From a virus (lineage: Duplodnaviria; Caudoviricetes): a stretch of DNA of 32,616 bases. The DNA is taken from the IMG/VR virus record IMGVR_UViG_3300037991_000616, positions 1-32,616 of that record; one strand, written 5' to 3'. This document shows, piece by piece, positions 1 to 8,939 of the stretch. The position numbers were made by a program, and so were the translations under genes. Positions within the stretch are counted from its first letter, which is position 1; each line of letters opens with the position of its first letter. The notes below the pieces were generated by a model. It was not told the origin of the DNA, ran no database searches, and saw nothing but the letters and a program-made list of their open reading frames with translations.

Positions 1-100
1 CACAGTATTATTGAGATGACACAGAAATTAGCTAGAGGAGATTCTCTTACAAAATTTGAAACTCAATTTTTAGCTAGATATAATATTAATAAAAGGATGG
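1..100. repeat. Terminal direct repeat (assembly overlap, left copy)
   Basis: Bases 1-100 equal 32517-32616 except position 99 (G) vs 32615 (A). Confidence 0.97.
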
Positions 101-903
101 CAAAACGAATTGCTAAACAACCAACTCAAACAACTAAGAATGGTTTTATACTAGGAAATACAGATGCATGGACAGATCAAGGTGCATTAGAGGCTTTTCA
201 AACTGCATTGCGCTCTGGTGTAATGAACAGAATTATTATGGGTACACCTGCTGATAAACCATTAGCAATGTCTGGTAAAACATATTTACCTATGAGTTTA
301 GCAAAAGAGTTTGGTTTAAAAGAAAGCAAAAGAGTTAGAGGATATGCAGAGTTAGAGCATCCTTTCTTAGCATTACCATTTACATTTTATACATATACAG
401 TTGGTGCACTAAACAAAGTAACAACTAACTATGCTCAAGGTGGTATTCGAGGAGTAAACATGGCAGTGCATTCTGCGGTAGCTATGTTTTTTGGATACAA
501 TATTGTTAAGTTTAGAACTCCTGATTATGCATGGAATGAAATGGATATTGAGGATAAGATTCTTAGGTCGTTTGATTTTTCAGGATTAGCAGCATTTCAT
601 AGTGATATGCTTTATAGATCATTTGAAATGGGCATGGCATTTGACATTGAAAACCCAACTCCATTTGCTCCAAAGTTTGTAGAAGATCCAGATGCGTTAG
701 GCGGTGTTGTATCTATATTTGGCGCACCTGCTGATTATAGTTATGGGTTTGTTAAAACTTTACAAGATTTTGCTAGAGGGGAATATGGAGAAGGAACTGA
801 ACAAGCAGTCAAACAAATTCCATTGATTTGGAATATGTTTCTTAAACCATATACCAATAAACTTAAAAATGCTCTTGGTGATTTTGCAGAAGGTTTTGAA
901 TAA
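1..903 (+). CDS. C-terminal part of the large internal virion (ejection) protein, T7 gp16-like; continues from 29739 across the circular join
   Basis: ATG 16 corresponds to 32532, which is in frame with ATG 29739. The joined ORF is about 1226 aa. Confidence 0.85.
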   Translation, partial: HSIIEMTQKLARGDSLTKFETQFLARYNINKRMAKRIAKQPTQTTKNGFILGNTDAWTDQGALEAFQTALRSGVMNRIIMGTPADKPLAMSGKTYLPMSLAKEFGLKESKRVRGYAELEHPFLALPFTFYTYTVGALNKVTTNYAQGGIRGVNMAVHSAVAMFFGYNIVKFRTPDYAWNEMDIEDKILRSFDFSGLAAFHSDMLYRSFEMGMAFDIENPTPFAPKFVEDPDALGGVVSIFGAPADYSYGFVKTLQDFARGEYGEGTEQAVKQIPLIWNMFLKPYTNKLKNALGDFAEGFE

Positions 904-904
904 T

Positions 905-939
905 TGTGCGTTGAGAATATAAAAACTAACTGTTATGGG
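905..939 (+). promoter_or_regulatory. Putative late promoter with TGTGCGTTG motif
   Basis: TAATTGTGCG-TTGAGA-17 nt-TATGGG in the gap before the tail fibre genes. The motif recurs at 13591, 17885 and 21242. Confidence 0.6.
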
Positions 940-956
940 AAACAAAAGGATATTCT

Positions 957-1907
957 ATGACTATTAACATTGCAGATAACGATCCTCGTATATCTTATTC
1001 AGTAGCTCAAGGAGTTACTCAAACAATATTTGTTGTTCCTTTTGAATTTTTTGATGCTGCTGATTTAAATGTATATGTTGATAATACATTAAAAACTATT
1101 ACAACTCATTATACTGTAGCTGGTGGCAATGGATCTACTGGTTCTGTTGATATATCTGTAACAGGAGCATCAGGTGGATCAACTGTTGTTATTACAAGAT
1201 CAATAAGTCAACAAAGAACAACTGATTTTCCTACATCTGGTCCATTTAATATATCTTCATTAAATACAGAACTTGATAGATTTACTGCTATAGCTGCTGA
1301 TTTACAAGATTCTGTTGATAGATCATTAAAACTTATAGATTATGATAGTGAAGTAGATACTCAAATACCTTTACTTGCTACTCGAAAAGGTACTGTTCTT
1401 GGTTTTAATGCTACAACAGGTGCAGCCGAAGCTGGGCCAAAAATAGCAGATGTACAAAGTTTAGCTGCAATAACAACAGATATAGGAACACTTGCAGATA
1501 TAGAAGATGGTACAATAGCAACAGATGCAATATCTGGATTAGCTGCAATAAAAACAAATGTTACTACAGTCGCTGGTATATCTTCTAATGTAACTGCTGT
1601 AGCAGGTAATGCATCTAATATTAATACTGTTGCTGCTGATGGAACAGACATTGGGACAGTAGCTTCAAGTATTTCTAACGTAAATACTGTTGCTGGTATC
1701 TCTAGTAATGTTACTACCGTTGCTGGAATTAGTTCTAATGTTACTGCTGTAGCTGCTGATGCAACAGATATTGGCAATGTAGCTGGTTCTTTATCAAATA
1801 TTAATTTAGTAGCATCAAATATTAACTCAGGAGTATTAACAGCAGTTAATGATTATGGAAGTGTTGCTAATGCAACTGTCACTATTAACGATTATGGGAG
1901 CGTATAA
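957..1907 (+). CDS. Tail fibre adaptor/arm protein (T7 gp17-like N-terminal anchor plus coiled-coil repeats)
   Basis: N-terminus with F.VPFEFF..DL.VYVD and LNTELDR resembles T7-type fibre anchors. The C-terminal half has 10-aa repeats of type NVTTVAGISS. Confidence 0.85.
   Translation: MTINIADNDPRISYSVAQGVTQTIFVVPFEFFDAADLNVYVDNTLKTITTHYTVAGGNGSTGSVDISVTGASGGSTVVITRSISQQRTTDFPTSGPFNISSLNTELDRFTAIAADLQDSVDRSLKLIDYDSEVDTQIPLLATRKGTVLGFNATTGAAEAGPKIADVQSLAAITTDIGTLADIEDGTIATDAISGLAAIKTNVTTVAGISSNVTAVAGNASNINTVAADGTDIGTVASSISNVNTVAGISSNVTTVAGISSNVTAVAADATDIGNVAGSLSNINLVASNINSGVLTAVNDYGSVANATVTINDYGSV
1555..1810 (+). repeat. Degenerate 30-nt coding tandem repeats (NVTTVAGISS units)
   Basis: aatgttactacagtcgctggtatatcttct-like units repeat within the fibre gene. 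Confidence 0.8.
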
Positions 1908-4118
1908 ATGGCTATCCAAGTACAACTAAGAAGAGGTACGGCAACAGAAAACAATGCGTTTACTGGCGCAATAGGCGAGCTTAGTTTTGACACAACAGCT
2001 AATCAGGTTCGTATTCATGATGGATCAACGGCTGGTGGTTTTAAAATTGGTGTAGGAAACTTTCCGACTGGAACAAATAATGTTGCTTTAGGAAATACAC
2101 CACTTGATAGTTTAGACTCTAGCAGCCCAGGGGGTAATAACACAGCAGTTGGTCATGATGCTTTAACCGCAACTACAACTGGTGATGATTTAGTAGCGGT
2201 TGGTAAAGATGCTCTAAAAGCAAATACAACAGCAAATAGTAATGTAGCTGTTGGTAGTGGTGCATTATCAACATCTACTACAGCAACAGATAATACTGCG
2301 GTTGGTTTTCAAGCTTTAAAGGCTAATGATTCTGGCGTAGATAATGTAGCTGTTGGCGATGAAGCTGGACATGATATTACATCAGGTAGCAGAAACACTA
2401 TTGTAGGATCTAAAGCTGGTGATGCTGCAACAACAACAGATGATTCAACACTAATTGGTTATGGTGCTGGTGGCGGTGCTATTATGACAGGCCATGACAA
2501 TGTGGCTGTTGGCTCAAATGCTTTAGCTGCCGCTACATCAGGAAATAGTAATGTGGTGATAGGCAAAGATGCTGGTCTTGCAATAAGCACTGGCAACAAT
2601 AACGTAGCCGTTGGGCATGAAGCATTAGAAACTGAAGATGGTAATGGTAATAATGTTGCTATTGGCTTTCAGGCACTAAGAGTACAAAACGCTGGTGCTG
2701 ATGCTCATAACGTGGCTGTTGGATATCAAGCTGGGGTAGCAATCACCACAGGAACAAACAATGTGTTAATGGGAGGATTATCTGGCGATGCTTTGACTAC
2801 TGGTGCTAATAATATAGCAATTGGTCATGAAGCGTTATCTACAGAAGATACGACATCAAACAATACGGCTATAGGATATCAAGCATTACAAGACCAAAAC
2901 GGTGGTTCTGAAAACACTGCGGTAGGTTATAGGTCGGCAGCAAATTTGACGAGCGGAAATCGTACTACAGTTTTAGGACATGACGCGGCACTTAATCTAA
3001 ATACAGACGATTGTACAATGTTGGGTCATGATGCAGGAAAGTTTGCTTCAACAGCAACAAATTCAACATTTGTTGGCAGTCAAGCAGGACAAGGTGTTGG
3101 CGCAACTCCACTAACAGGAAACAGTAATACAGCAATAGGTGAAAGCTCTGGAACAAATCTGCAAGGTACTGCAAACGGAAACACTTTTTGCGGTGCAGGG
3201 GCAGGAAATGCAGTAACGACTGGATCTTCGCATAGCATTCTCGGTATGTTTAGTGGTAATGATAATAATTTAAATATAACAACTGATACCAATCCTCACA
3301 TTGTTTTATCGGGTGGTGATGGTAGACCTGCAATGTTTTTTGATGAAGACCAAGGCAGTTTTGGAACTTGGTATGCAGGAAATTATTCTAGTTCTTCTTA
3401 TTGGCCTATTTCGGGTGCAAGTAACGGTCACAATGCTATTTCGCAAAACCTTTCTGCGGGGCAATTAGGAATAACGACAGATAGTACATCGGCAATTTAT
3501 ATAAATAGAAACAATGCCGATGGTTATTTATTACTTTTTTATTCGGAAGGTAGTCTTGAAGGTAGTATATCGGTTAGTGGTACAACTGTTTCATTCAATG
3601 GTGGTCACTTAGCAAGATGGTCACAACTATCAAATGGATTAAAAGATGCCTCTATACTTAAAGGCACAGTAATGACTAACCTTGATAAGATGTGTGTTTG
3701 GGAACACGCTGCTGTAGCTGAAGGCGATACAATCAAATCAGCTTCAGGTGTTGAAAGAACTGCAACTGAGGATGATGTTGCTGATGCTTACACTGAAAAG
3801 AATGAACAGTTAAACTGTATGGCTGTTTCGTCTGTAGAAGGTGATCCAAATGTTGCTGGTGTGTTTGTTAATTGGGATGAAACAGATGATAATAATGACA
3901 TGAACATAGCAATGACAGGCGATATGGTTATTCGTATTGCTCAAGGAGTTACTGTGGCTCGTGGTGATTTACTTATGTCGGCTGGTGATGGCACAGCTAA
4001 ACCTCAAGGTGATGACATTGTTCGAAGTAAAACAATAGCAAAAGTTACATCAACAAATGTAAGTCATACATATGACGATGGTTCTTTCTTGGTTCCATGT
4101 GTATTAATGGCGTGTTAA
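1908..4118 (+). CDS. Receptor-binding tail fibre: Mtd-like N-terminus, 14-aa N-x-A-x-G beta-roll repeats, probable C-terminal intramolecular chaperone
   Basis: Starts MAIQVQLRRGT...GELSFDTT...IHDGSTAGG, like the Mtd N-terminal domain. Many NTAVG/NVAVG repeats follow. The C-terminal GDLLMSAGDGTA region is chaperone-like. Confidence 0.85.
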   Translation: MAIQVQLRRGTATENNAFTGAIGELSFDTTANQVRIHDGSTAGGFKIGVGNFPTGTNNVALGNTPLDSLDSSSPGGNNTAVGHDALTATTTGDDLVAVGKDALKANTTANSNVAVGSGALSTSTTATDNTAVGFQALKANDSGVDNVAVGDEAGHDITSGSRNTIVGSKAGDAATTTDDSTLIGYGAGGGAIMTGHDNVAVGSNALAAATSGNSNVVIGKDAGLAISTGNNNVAVGHEALETEDGNGNNVAIGFQALRVQNAGADAHNVAVGYQAGVAITTGTNNVLMGGLSGDALTTGANNIAIGHEALSTEDTTSNNTAIGYQALQDQNGGSENTAVGYRSAANLTSGNRTTVLGHDAALNLNTDDCTMLGHDAGKFASTATNSTFVGSQAGQGVGATPLTGNSNTAIGESSGTNLQGTANGNTFCGAGAGNAVTTGSSHSILGMFSGNDNNLNITTDTNPHIVLSGGDGRPAMFFDEDQGSFGTWYAGNYSSSSYWPISGASNGHNAISQNLSAGQLGITTDSTSAIYINRNNADGYLLLFYSEGSLEGSISVSGTTVSFNGGHLARWSQLSNGLKDASILKGTVMTNLDKMCVWEHAAVAEGDTIKSASGVERTATEDDVADAYTEKNEQLNCMAVSSVEGDPNVAGVFVNWDETDDNNDMNIAMTGDMVIRIAQGVTVARGDLLMSAGDGTAKPQGDDIVRSKTIAKVTSTNVSHTYDDGSFLVPCVLMAC

Positions 4119-4119
4119 T

Positions 4120-4479
4120 TTGGATGGTTTACCAAAAGTAAGCATCGGTATAATTGGAGTAGTAATACTTCAAATTGGTGGTTTTATTTGGTGGACTGCA
4201 CAACAAGCAAGCACAATTTCTAATTTAGAATCTACTGTTTCTCAGCTTTCTGCACAATCAGAAGTACAAGACAAAGTTAATATGCAAAGAGATATATTAG
4301 CTAATGCTGATAGATTGGATGATATTGAGCTTGATATAAATGATGTTTGGGATGATCTTGAAATGGCTTGGGATGATCTTGAAGGAATGACTCAACACAT
4401 GATGGAGATTGTTAAATTGCAATCTCGCATTGCAATACTAGAAAAGACCATAGAGTTTACGCGTAAAGATGGAATGTAA
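4120..4479 (+). CDS. Membrane-anchored coiled-coil protein (lysis region)
   Basis: N-terminal hydrophobic helix followed by a heptad-rich tail; TTG start. Confidence 0.7.
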   Translation: MDGLPKVSIGIIGVVILQIGGFIWWTAQQASTISNLESTVSQLSAQSEVQDKVNMQRDILANADRLDDIELDINDVWDDLEMAWDDLEGMTQHMMEIVKLQSRIAILEKTIEFTRKDGM

Positions 4480-4481
4480 AC

Positions 4482-4940
4482 ATGGTCGATCCCATAACAA
4501 TTCTTAGCGGAATCAAGTTAGGTTTACAAACTGGCAAGTCCGTAGCTTCTCTTAGTAAACAGATTGGACAATTCTTTGACGCAACTGACCACGCTAAGAA
4601 AACGCTACAGAAGAAAGGTGTATCTGGTAAAAGCACCAATGCTACGGCGTTGGATCGCTGGGCTAAAGTTCGCCAAGCAGCAGAAGCTGAAGAAGAACTC
4701 AAAGAATGGATAACTCAAACGTATGGGAGATCAAAATACTTGGAGCTTCTAAAGATAAGAAGAGAAGTTCTAGCGGAAAAGCGTGAGGCAGAGGCTCAGG
4801 CGAGGCGTGAGGCTATAGAACGGCAAGAAATGATGGTAACCATAGCTGGGATCTTTGTGCTTCTCCTGTTCTCTGCTGTGGGAGCTACAGCATATTTGCA
4901 TTATATGGGATGGATTGACGTTAGAGACTGGATGAGGTGA
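4482..4940 (+). CDS. Hypothetical protein with C-terminal transmembrane helix
   Basis: 152-aa ORF in the operon; coiled coil followed by IAGIFVLLLFSAVG. Confidence 0.75.
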   Translation: MVDPITILSGIKLGLQTGKSVASLSKQIGQFFDATDHAKKTLQKKGVSGKSTNATALDRWAKVRQAAEAEEELKEWITQTYGRSKYLELLKIRREVLAEKREAEAQARREAIERQEMMVTIAGIFVLLLFSAVGATAYLHYMGWIDVRDWMR

Positions 4941-5089
4941 GATTAGTTGAAGTTAGGTACAACAGATGGGTTGTATATACAGATGACAACAAACTGGTTA
5001 TACAAGTAAGTGATAGTAGAATAGCGAGGAAATTTTTAGATGGTGAAGATAACAGCAAGCGCGATAGACCAACTGAAGATACTACCTAG
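4937..5089 (+). CDS. Small hypothetical protein (50 aa, not in ORF track)
   Basis: GTG overlaps the TGA of the upstream gene (GTGA). Reads VRLVEVRYNRWVVYTDDNKLVIQ... to TAG at 5089. Confidence 0.5.
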   Translation: MRLVEVRYNRWVVYTDDNKLVIQVSDSRIARKFLDGEDNSKRDRPTEDTT

Positions 5090-5264
5090 GTTAGCATTTC
5101 TTTGTCAGATTGTTTTGACTTGGAAAGTTTGTCTTTGGTTTATGACTTTGCCCGATCCAACAACTCAACAGAGCGCGTTCGTATCGCTCGTTACTGCGAT
5201 GCTTTCAGCATCTTTCGCATTGTGGTTAGGTAAAGAAGCTAAGACAGATAGGATAGGGGAATGA
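5040..5264 (+). CDS. Small 2-TM membrane protein, holin-like
   Basis: Two hydrophobic helices; sits next to the holin and endolysin. Confidence 0.65.
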   Translation: MVKITASAIDQLKILPRLAFLCQIVLTWKVCLWFMTLPDPTTQQSAFVSLVTAMLSASFALWLGKEAKTDRIGE

Positions 5265-5602
5265 TTGGAATACTTTCAAGCGTAGCAAATTTAGCTACAA
5301 CATTTATTGACAGCAAAGCAAAAGTCAAAGCTGCTGAAGCTGAAACTAAAATGAAGATTGCTACTGGCGAAATTAGCTGGGAGCAAGCTGCTATCGAGGC
5401 TAGTGCAGATAGCTGGAAAGATGAGGCTTGGACTCTTTGCTTCATTGCCATAGTGCTAGGCTCATTCGTTCCTTGGTTACAACCGTATATGAAACAAGGA
5501 TTTGAAAATCTTCAGGCTGCTCCGCAGTGGTTTAGCTGGGCAATGTATGCTTCAATAGCTGCAAGCTTTGGTATTCGTACAATGAAAGGACTAAAGAAAT
5601 GA
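5261..5602 (+). CDS. Holin (3-TM GTA-holin-like)
   Basis: SWKDEAWT motif, hydrophobic segments and C-terminal ASFGIR; directly upstream of the endolysin. Confidence 0.7.
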   Translation: MIGILSSVANLATTFIDSKAKVKAAEAETKMKIATGEISWEQAAIEASADSWKDEAWTLCFIAIVLGSFVPWLQPYMKQGFENLQAAPQWFSWAMYASIAASFGIRTMKGLKK

Positions 5603-6060
5603 GTTTTAAATTAAGTCAAAGAAGTTTAGACAGGCTCGAAGGTGTTGATCCAAACATGGTAGCCTTGGTCAAATATGCTATAGGTATAACTCAAATTGAT
5701 TTCGGAATCCCTCATCTTGGTGGGCTGAGAACACACGACCAACAGTTAGAATTAGTGAACAAGGGTGTGAGTCAAACAATGAAGAGTAAACACCTTGAAG
5801 GTATTGCGGTAGATGTCGTTGCTTATATTGGGCCGAGAGTATCTTGGGAATTAAATCTTTATGATGATATAGCTGATGCAATGAAAGAAGCTGCAAAAGA
5901 TATTGGTGTTCATATTAGATGGGGAGCAGCATGGCATATCAATTCAATAGGTGAGTATGATGGTACAATGGCTGATGCTATGAATGAGTACATCGATCTC
6001 CGTAGGTCTCAAGGCAGACGTCCGTTTATCGATGCACCCCATTTTGAGTTAAGCGTTTAG
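5599..6060 (+). CDS. Endolysin, M15-family L-Ala-D-Glu peptidase
   Basis: LSQRSLDRLEGV, GLRT, SKHLEGIAVD, IRWG and DAPHFEL zinc-peptidase motifs. Confidence 0.9.
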   Translation: MSFKLSQRSLDRLEGVDPNMVALVKYAIGITQIDFGIPHLGGLRTHDQQLELVNKGVSQTMKSKHLEGIAVDVVAYIGPRVSWELNLYDDIADAMKEAAKDIGVHIRWGAAWHINSIGEYDGTMADAMNEYIDLRRSQGRRPFIDAPHFELSV

Positions 6061-6213
6061 AACATCGTACAAAACTTTACGCGCTGATTTCATGGCTCTT
6101 CTTTCTTTTTTAGAATAGCCACCATACTCAGTGTCTCCATCGTTAGCTGCCCAAGCATCATAGCCATTTAATAACATTTCTATTTCATCTTCAGTAAGTT
6201 GAACCTTTTTCAT
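6049..6213 (-). CDS. Small hypothetical protein (54 aa, not in ORF track)
   Basis: MKKVQLTEDEIEMLLNGYDAW...VLNA*. Its ATG overlaps the upstream TGA, and its 3' end overlaps the endolysin gene by 12 nt. Confidence 0.65.
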   Translation of the reverse strand: MKKVQLTEDEIEMLLNGYDAWAANDGDTEYGGYSKKERRAMKSARKVLYDVLNA

Positions 6214-6416
6214 TCTGGTCTCCTCTTAGGTTTAATAATTCGTGACACTACGTCACTTTCTAAGCAGAACATTTGAACGCCCTGCGCTAATTGGTATAGA
6301 TCATCTGCCGCATACTGTGCCTCATAACATGTGTCGTAATCTTCGAACCATATCATGAGTTCTGTTTCTGTATTTCGTAGCTGATATACCATTACTAATG
6401 CAGTGAAGAACTCCAT
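6210..6416 (-). CDS. Small hypothetical protein
   Basis: 68 aa with a hydrophobic N-terminus and two Cys; coupled to its neighbours. Confidence 0.7.
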   Translation of the reverse strand: MEFFTALVMVYQLRNTETELMIWFEDYDTCYEAQYAADDLYQLAQGVQMFCLESDVVSRIIKPKRRPE

Positions 6417-6622
6417 TAGGCTCTTCTCCCCTGCTCTTTGACAGGCCAGTGAATTGAATTGAGTTGAATAAATCTATTTAATGTTTGCAGAGAAACACCC
6501 AGTTCCTTTGCAGCTTTGGTTTGAGTTACCCCAGAAGTAGCAAAGGCCTGAACTTGTTCAAGCCTTTCCTGTTTTTGTCTGTCTCGTAACTCATACCATG
6601 ATTCAGAATGGTATCTTGTCAT
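6416..6622 (-). CDS. Small HTH DNA-binding protein
   Basis: TQTKAAKELGVSLQTLNRFI is an HTH. Start placed at the ATG (MTRYH) downstream of AAGGAGG. Confidence 0.7.
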   Translation of the reverse strand: MTRYHSESWYELRDRQKQERLEQVQAFATSGVTQTKAAKELGVSLQTLNRFIQLNSIHWPVKEQGRRA

Positions 6623-7124
6623 CGAAGTCATTGCCTCCTTTGCCTTGCTTCTCACTGATAGAAAGGCTCATATATTTATTATTGTTTTCACTTTGCCTTT
6701 TCCAAGCAGCGATACGCATATTTTTATTTGTGGCATAGTCTTCTACTGGCCCTGAATAGTCAGGACGCTTTTCATTATCACCCTTATCTTCTTCGAACAG
6801 GACAGCTACCTTCTGGTACACCTCAATAATTTTTTTATCTGATTTAGTTTTATCAGCAACGAGTACAACTTTTCTGTCATTGCCCTCGATGTTTACTTTA
6901 CCTTGAAGAATCATCTTCATAGTTTCGAATGGTTTGAAAACTGCACCCGAATTTGTATTGTCATATTCTGCCATGCTTCTGGCTCCTTTGTAAAATTGTT
7001 GCGCTGCTTGCATTCTTTTGTGGTGGCTTCTGGATTTATCTTTCCGATGCCCACACGAAACACCTGATCCTGCACCGCATTTAGGACAAGGTATTTCTTG
7101 TATCATTTCTCTAGTAATAATCAT
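6603..7124 (-). CDS. SSB-like (DUF736-like) protein with in-frame N-terminal zinc finger; probable internal start at 6974
   Basis: RPDYSG...IAAWK...YMSLSI and an acidic DDKIPF tail typical of SSBs. CPKC..C...HH at the N-terminus. AAAGGAG precedes Met51. Confidence 0.75.
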   Translation of the reverse strand: MIITREMIQEIPCPKCGAGSGVSCGHRKDKSRSHHKRMQAAQQFYKGARSMAEYDNTNSGAVFKPFETMKMILQGKVNIEGNDRKVVLVADKTKSDKKIIEVYQKVAVLFEEDKGDNEKRPDYSGPVEDYATNKNMRIAAWKRQSENNNKYMSLSISEKQGKGGNDFDDKIPF

Positions 7125-7135
7125 GATAGTTTGGT

Positions 7136-7204
7136 GAGGGGTTCTTGGGAAACCTGCCCCTCGATCAGGCCTTCATAGGTGACTAACCATACCTTTCCCA
7201 AGAA
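7136..7204 (-). promoter_or_regulatory. Structured intergenic RNA element
   Basis: 11-bp inverted repeat 7142-7152/7194-7204 encloses two short stems. An alternative pairing 7136-7141/7157-7162 is possible. Confidence 0.55.
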
Positions 7205-7648
7205 TTAATAATCATCCTCATCATTATTCTTTGCTGTATACTTATTGCCATCCATCTTGCCAAGGAAAACATCAGCATCACAACCAATATGTGAGAGTGC
7301 TTTTGTTAGCCCATCAGTGATAGCCATCTTTGGCGCATCTTCAGCAGTCCTACCATTGGTAGCATTAAAGAACTTTCGGCAGCCAGTGAATGGCCCAAAC
7401 CTATGATGGTTATCTGTATGCCATACAGTAACATGAGCCATCACAGCACTGTCACCATTACTGAAATGAACAACCTCAGTTACATTGTCCCATCCCCAGC
7501 CACAACCGATTGGCCCAAACTGTTCAGTCATCTTCATGATCTGATACTGTGGATCAATAGCTGAGAAAGATCTGGAACCAAATGATACTGGCTTCAGATA
7601 CTTTGCATCAGTCGGTGCAAGCTTGTTCCATATTTCCATATTACTCAT
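7205..7648 (-). CDS. Sak/Rad52-like single-strand annealing protein
   Basis: MTEQFGPIGCGWG and KMAITDGLTKALSHIG...DVF are Rad52/Rad22-like; next to a YqaJ exonuclease. Confidence 0.8.
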   Translation of the reverse strand: MSNMEIWNKLAPTDAKYLKPVSFGSRSFSAIDPQYQIMKMTEQFGPIGCGWGWDNVTEVVHFSNGDSAVMAHVTVWHTDNHHRFGPFTGCRKFFNATNGRTAEDAPKMAITDGLTKALSHIGCDADVFLGKMDGNKYTAKNNDEDDY

Positions 7649-8429
7649 CTTTCTTACTCCTCTTTGAAATTCTGAGTGATCCGCGTTTATCGCGTTTGAT
7701 TGTTAGGTAGTCACAAAATACTTCACGCTCGTTACTACCTACCATATTCTTGAGATCCTTCTTGGCGTTCTCAAATACTTTGTTCTGCTCGAGTCCATTG
7801 ATGTATGTGATCGATGCATCAACAAATGCATTGTCAGTACTAGCGTCTCGAACAACCATGTTATCAACAGGTATGTGATTGATACTAATATCTTCTGGGG
7901 TATCTATGCCAACAGGCTCTTTGTCATTAACAACGTGCCACCAGAAATCATTGATGAAGACCATCATCTTATTGAAGTACTCTTCATCGTAATGCACGAA
8001 TGCACTTTGCCACTTACTGTTACCAAATATTACAGACAAGTGACAACCTTCAGCACCAGATACATGACAGTAGAGTTGAATCTGCGGCATGTATCGTTCG
8101 ATCATATCATTCATATCATTGAATGGATTGGTATGTTTGGCTTCGATAATAGCTGCTGATTCTACAACAATACCATCAACAGTACCAACCAATGGTACAT
8201 CACCAATAGTTTTCTTGAATTGCTTTTGTTGTTTTGTAACAAAACATCCAGTAGATTTTTCAAACCACTTGATATTAAAATTTTCTGTATGAGATCCAAG
8301 CTGCACAGCTATGTTGTCAGACAGATCTTCAGCTTCTGCTCTACCAGTTTTCACTAGCCACAAATCGTACCACTTGAATTGCATGATGGTAGTTGCATCA
8401 CTGCCACCAATAAACCCTTGTCTTTGCAT
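7641..8429 (-). CDS. YqaJ-like recombination exonuclease
   Basis: RQGFIGGSDA, GTVDG, IIEAKHT and YMPQIQLY motifs; AGGAGG SD. Confidence 0.9.
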   Translation of the reverse strand: MQRQGFIGGSDATTIMQFKWYDLWLVKTGRAEAEDLSDNIAVQLGSHTENFNIKWFEKSTGCFVTKQQKQFKKTIGDVPLVGTVDGIVVESAAIIEAKHTNPFNDMNDMIERYMPQIQLYCHVSGAEGCHLSVIFGNSKWQSAFVHYDEEYFNKMMVFINDFWWHVVNDKEPVGIDTPEDISINHIPVDNMVVRDASTDNAFVDASITYINGLEQNKVFENAKKDLKNMVGSNEREVFCDYLTIKRDKRGSLRISKRSKKDE

Positions 8430-8456
8430 AGTAAATCCTCCTAAGTTTACTTATCA

Positions 8457-8939
8457 TTATTTGTTTATAGGTGCAAGGTATTTCTCAAAATCTTTATCAG
8501 ATACTAAACCAGTTGCTATAAGTTGTTGTCGATGTGGTGAGTCTGGATTCAAAAGGTAATCAGGTATCTCACCGCCATCAAGAATACGACCGATAATAAT
8601 ATTATTACTTCGATCAAGTGTCGTGTTCGATGTTACCTTCGGAGCTGTAATAGCTCTGGAGTATTCGCTCACTGCCTCCTTCGTTGCTGTTATGAATGTT
8701 TTGATAGTCGGCCACGTCCGTCCGCTTTGGAGGGCGCGGACGTGACCGTCTATCTTTCCCAAGGTTTGTTCAATATCAACATCCTCAAACTGAGATGGGA
8801 TGTGTTTATTGATGTCACCTACAATTAGATTCATCTCTTCACGCAATGTCTCATCATCCATAGTTGCAGGTGGTGAGTATCGTTTGAGCAGCTTGACTAG
8901 CCAAGTACCAATCTTGCGTGTGCGTTCTTCGTAATTCAT
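8457..8939 (-). CDS. Hypothetical replication protein, possible helicase loader
   Basis: Directly downstream of the initiator. WPTIKTF loosely resembles loader-type proteins; the function is positional inference. Confidence 0.6.
   Translation of the reverse strand: MNYEERTRKIGTWLVKLLKRYSPPATMDDETLREEMNLIVGDINKHIPSQFEDVDIEQTLGKIDGHVRALQSGRTWPTIKTFITATKEAVSEYSRAITAPKVTSNTTLDRSNNIIIGRILDGGEIPDYLLNPDSPHRQQLIATGLVSDKDFEKYLAPINK

Noticed and set aside
1-100. Biological direct terminal repeat
   Set aside because: It falls in the middle of a coding gene and is exactly 100 nt, which fits an assembly overlap better.
1361-1777. Antisense ORFs within structural genes (also 24662-25276 and 26202-26732)
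   Set aside because: Mirror frames of repetitive or codon-biased sense genes.
1908-4118. Diversity-generating retroelement suggested by the Mtd-like N-terminus and BPP-1-like capsid
   Set aside because: No reverse transcriptase or Avd gene, and I found no second adenine-variant copy of any fibre segment.
7136-7169. Pseudoknot between loop GAGGGG and downstream CCCCUC
   Set aside because: There is no linker after the 11-bp stem, so simultaneous pairing looks sterically implausible; treated as an alternative fold instead.
8918-8926. Fifth copy of the late motif (TGTGCGTTC)
   Set aside because: Mismatch in the TTG, and it lies antisense inside an early gene.
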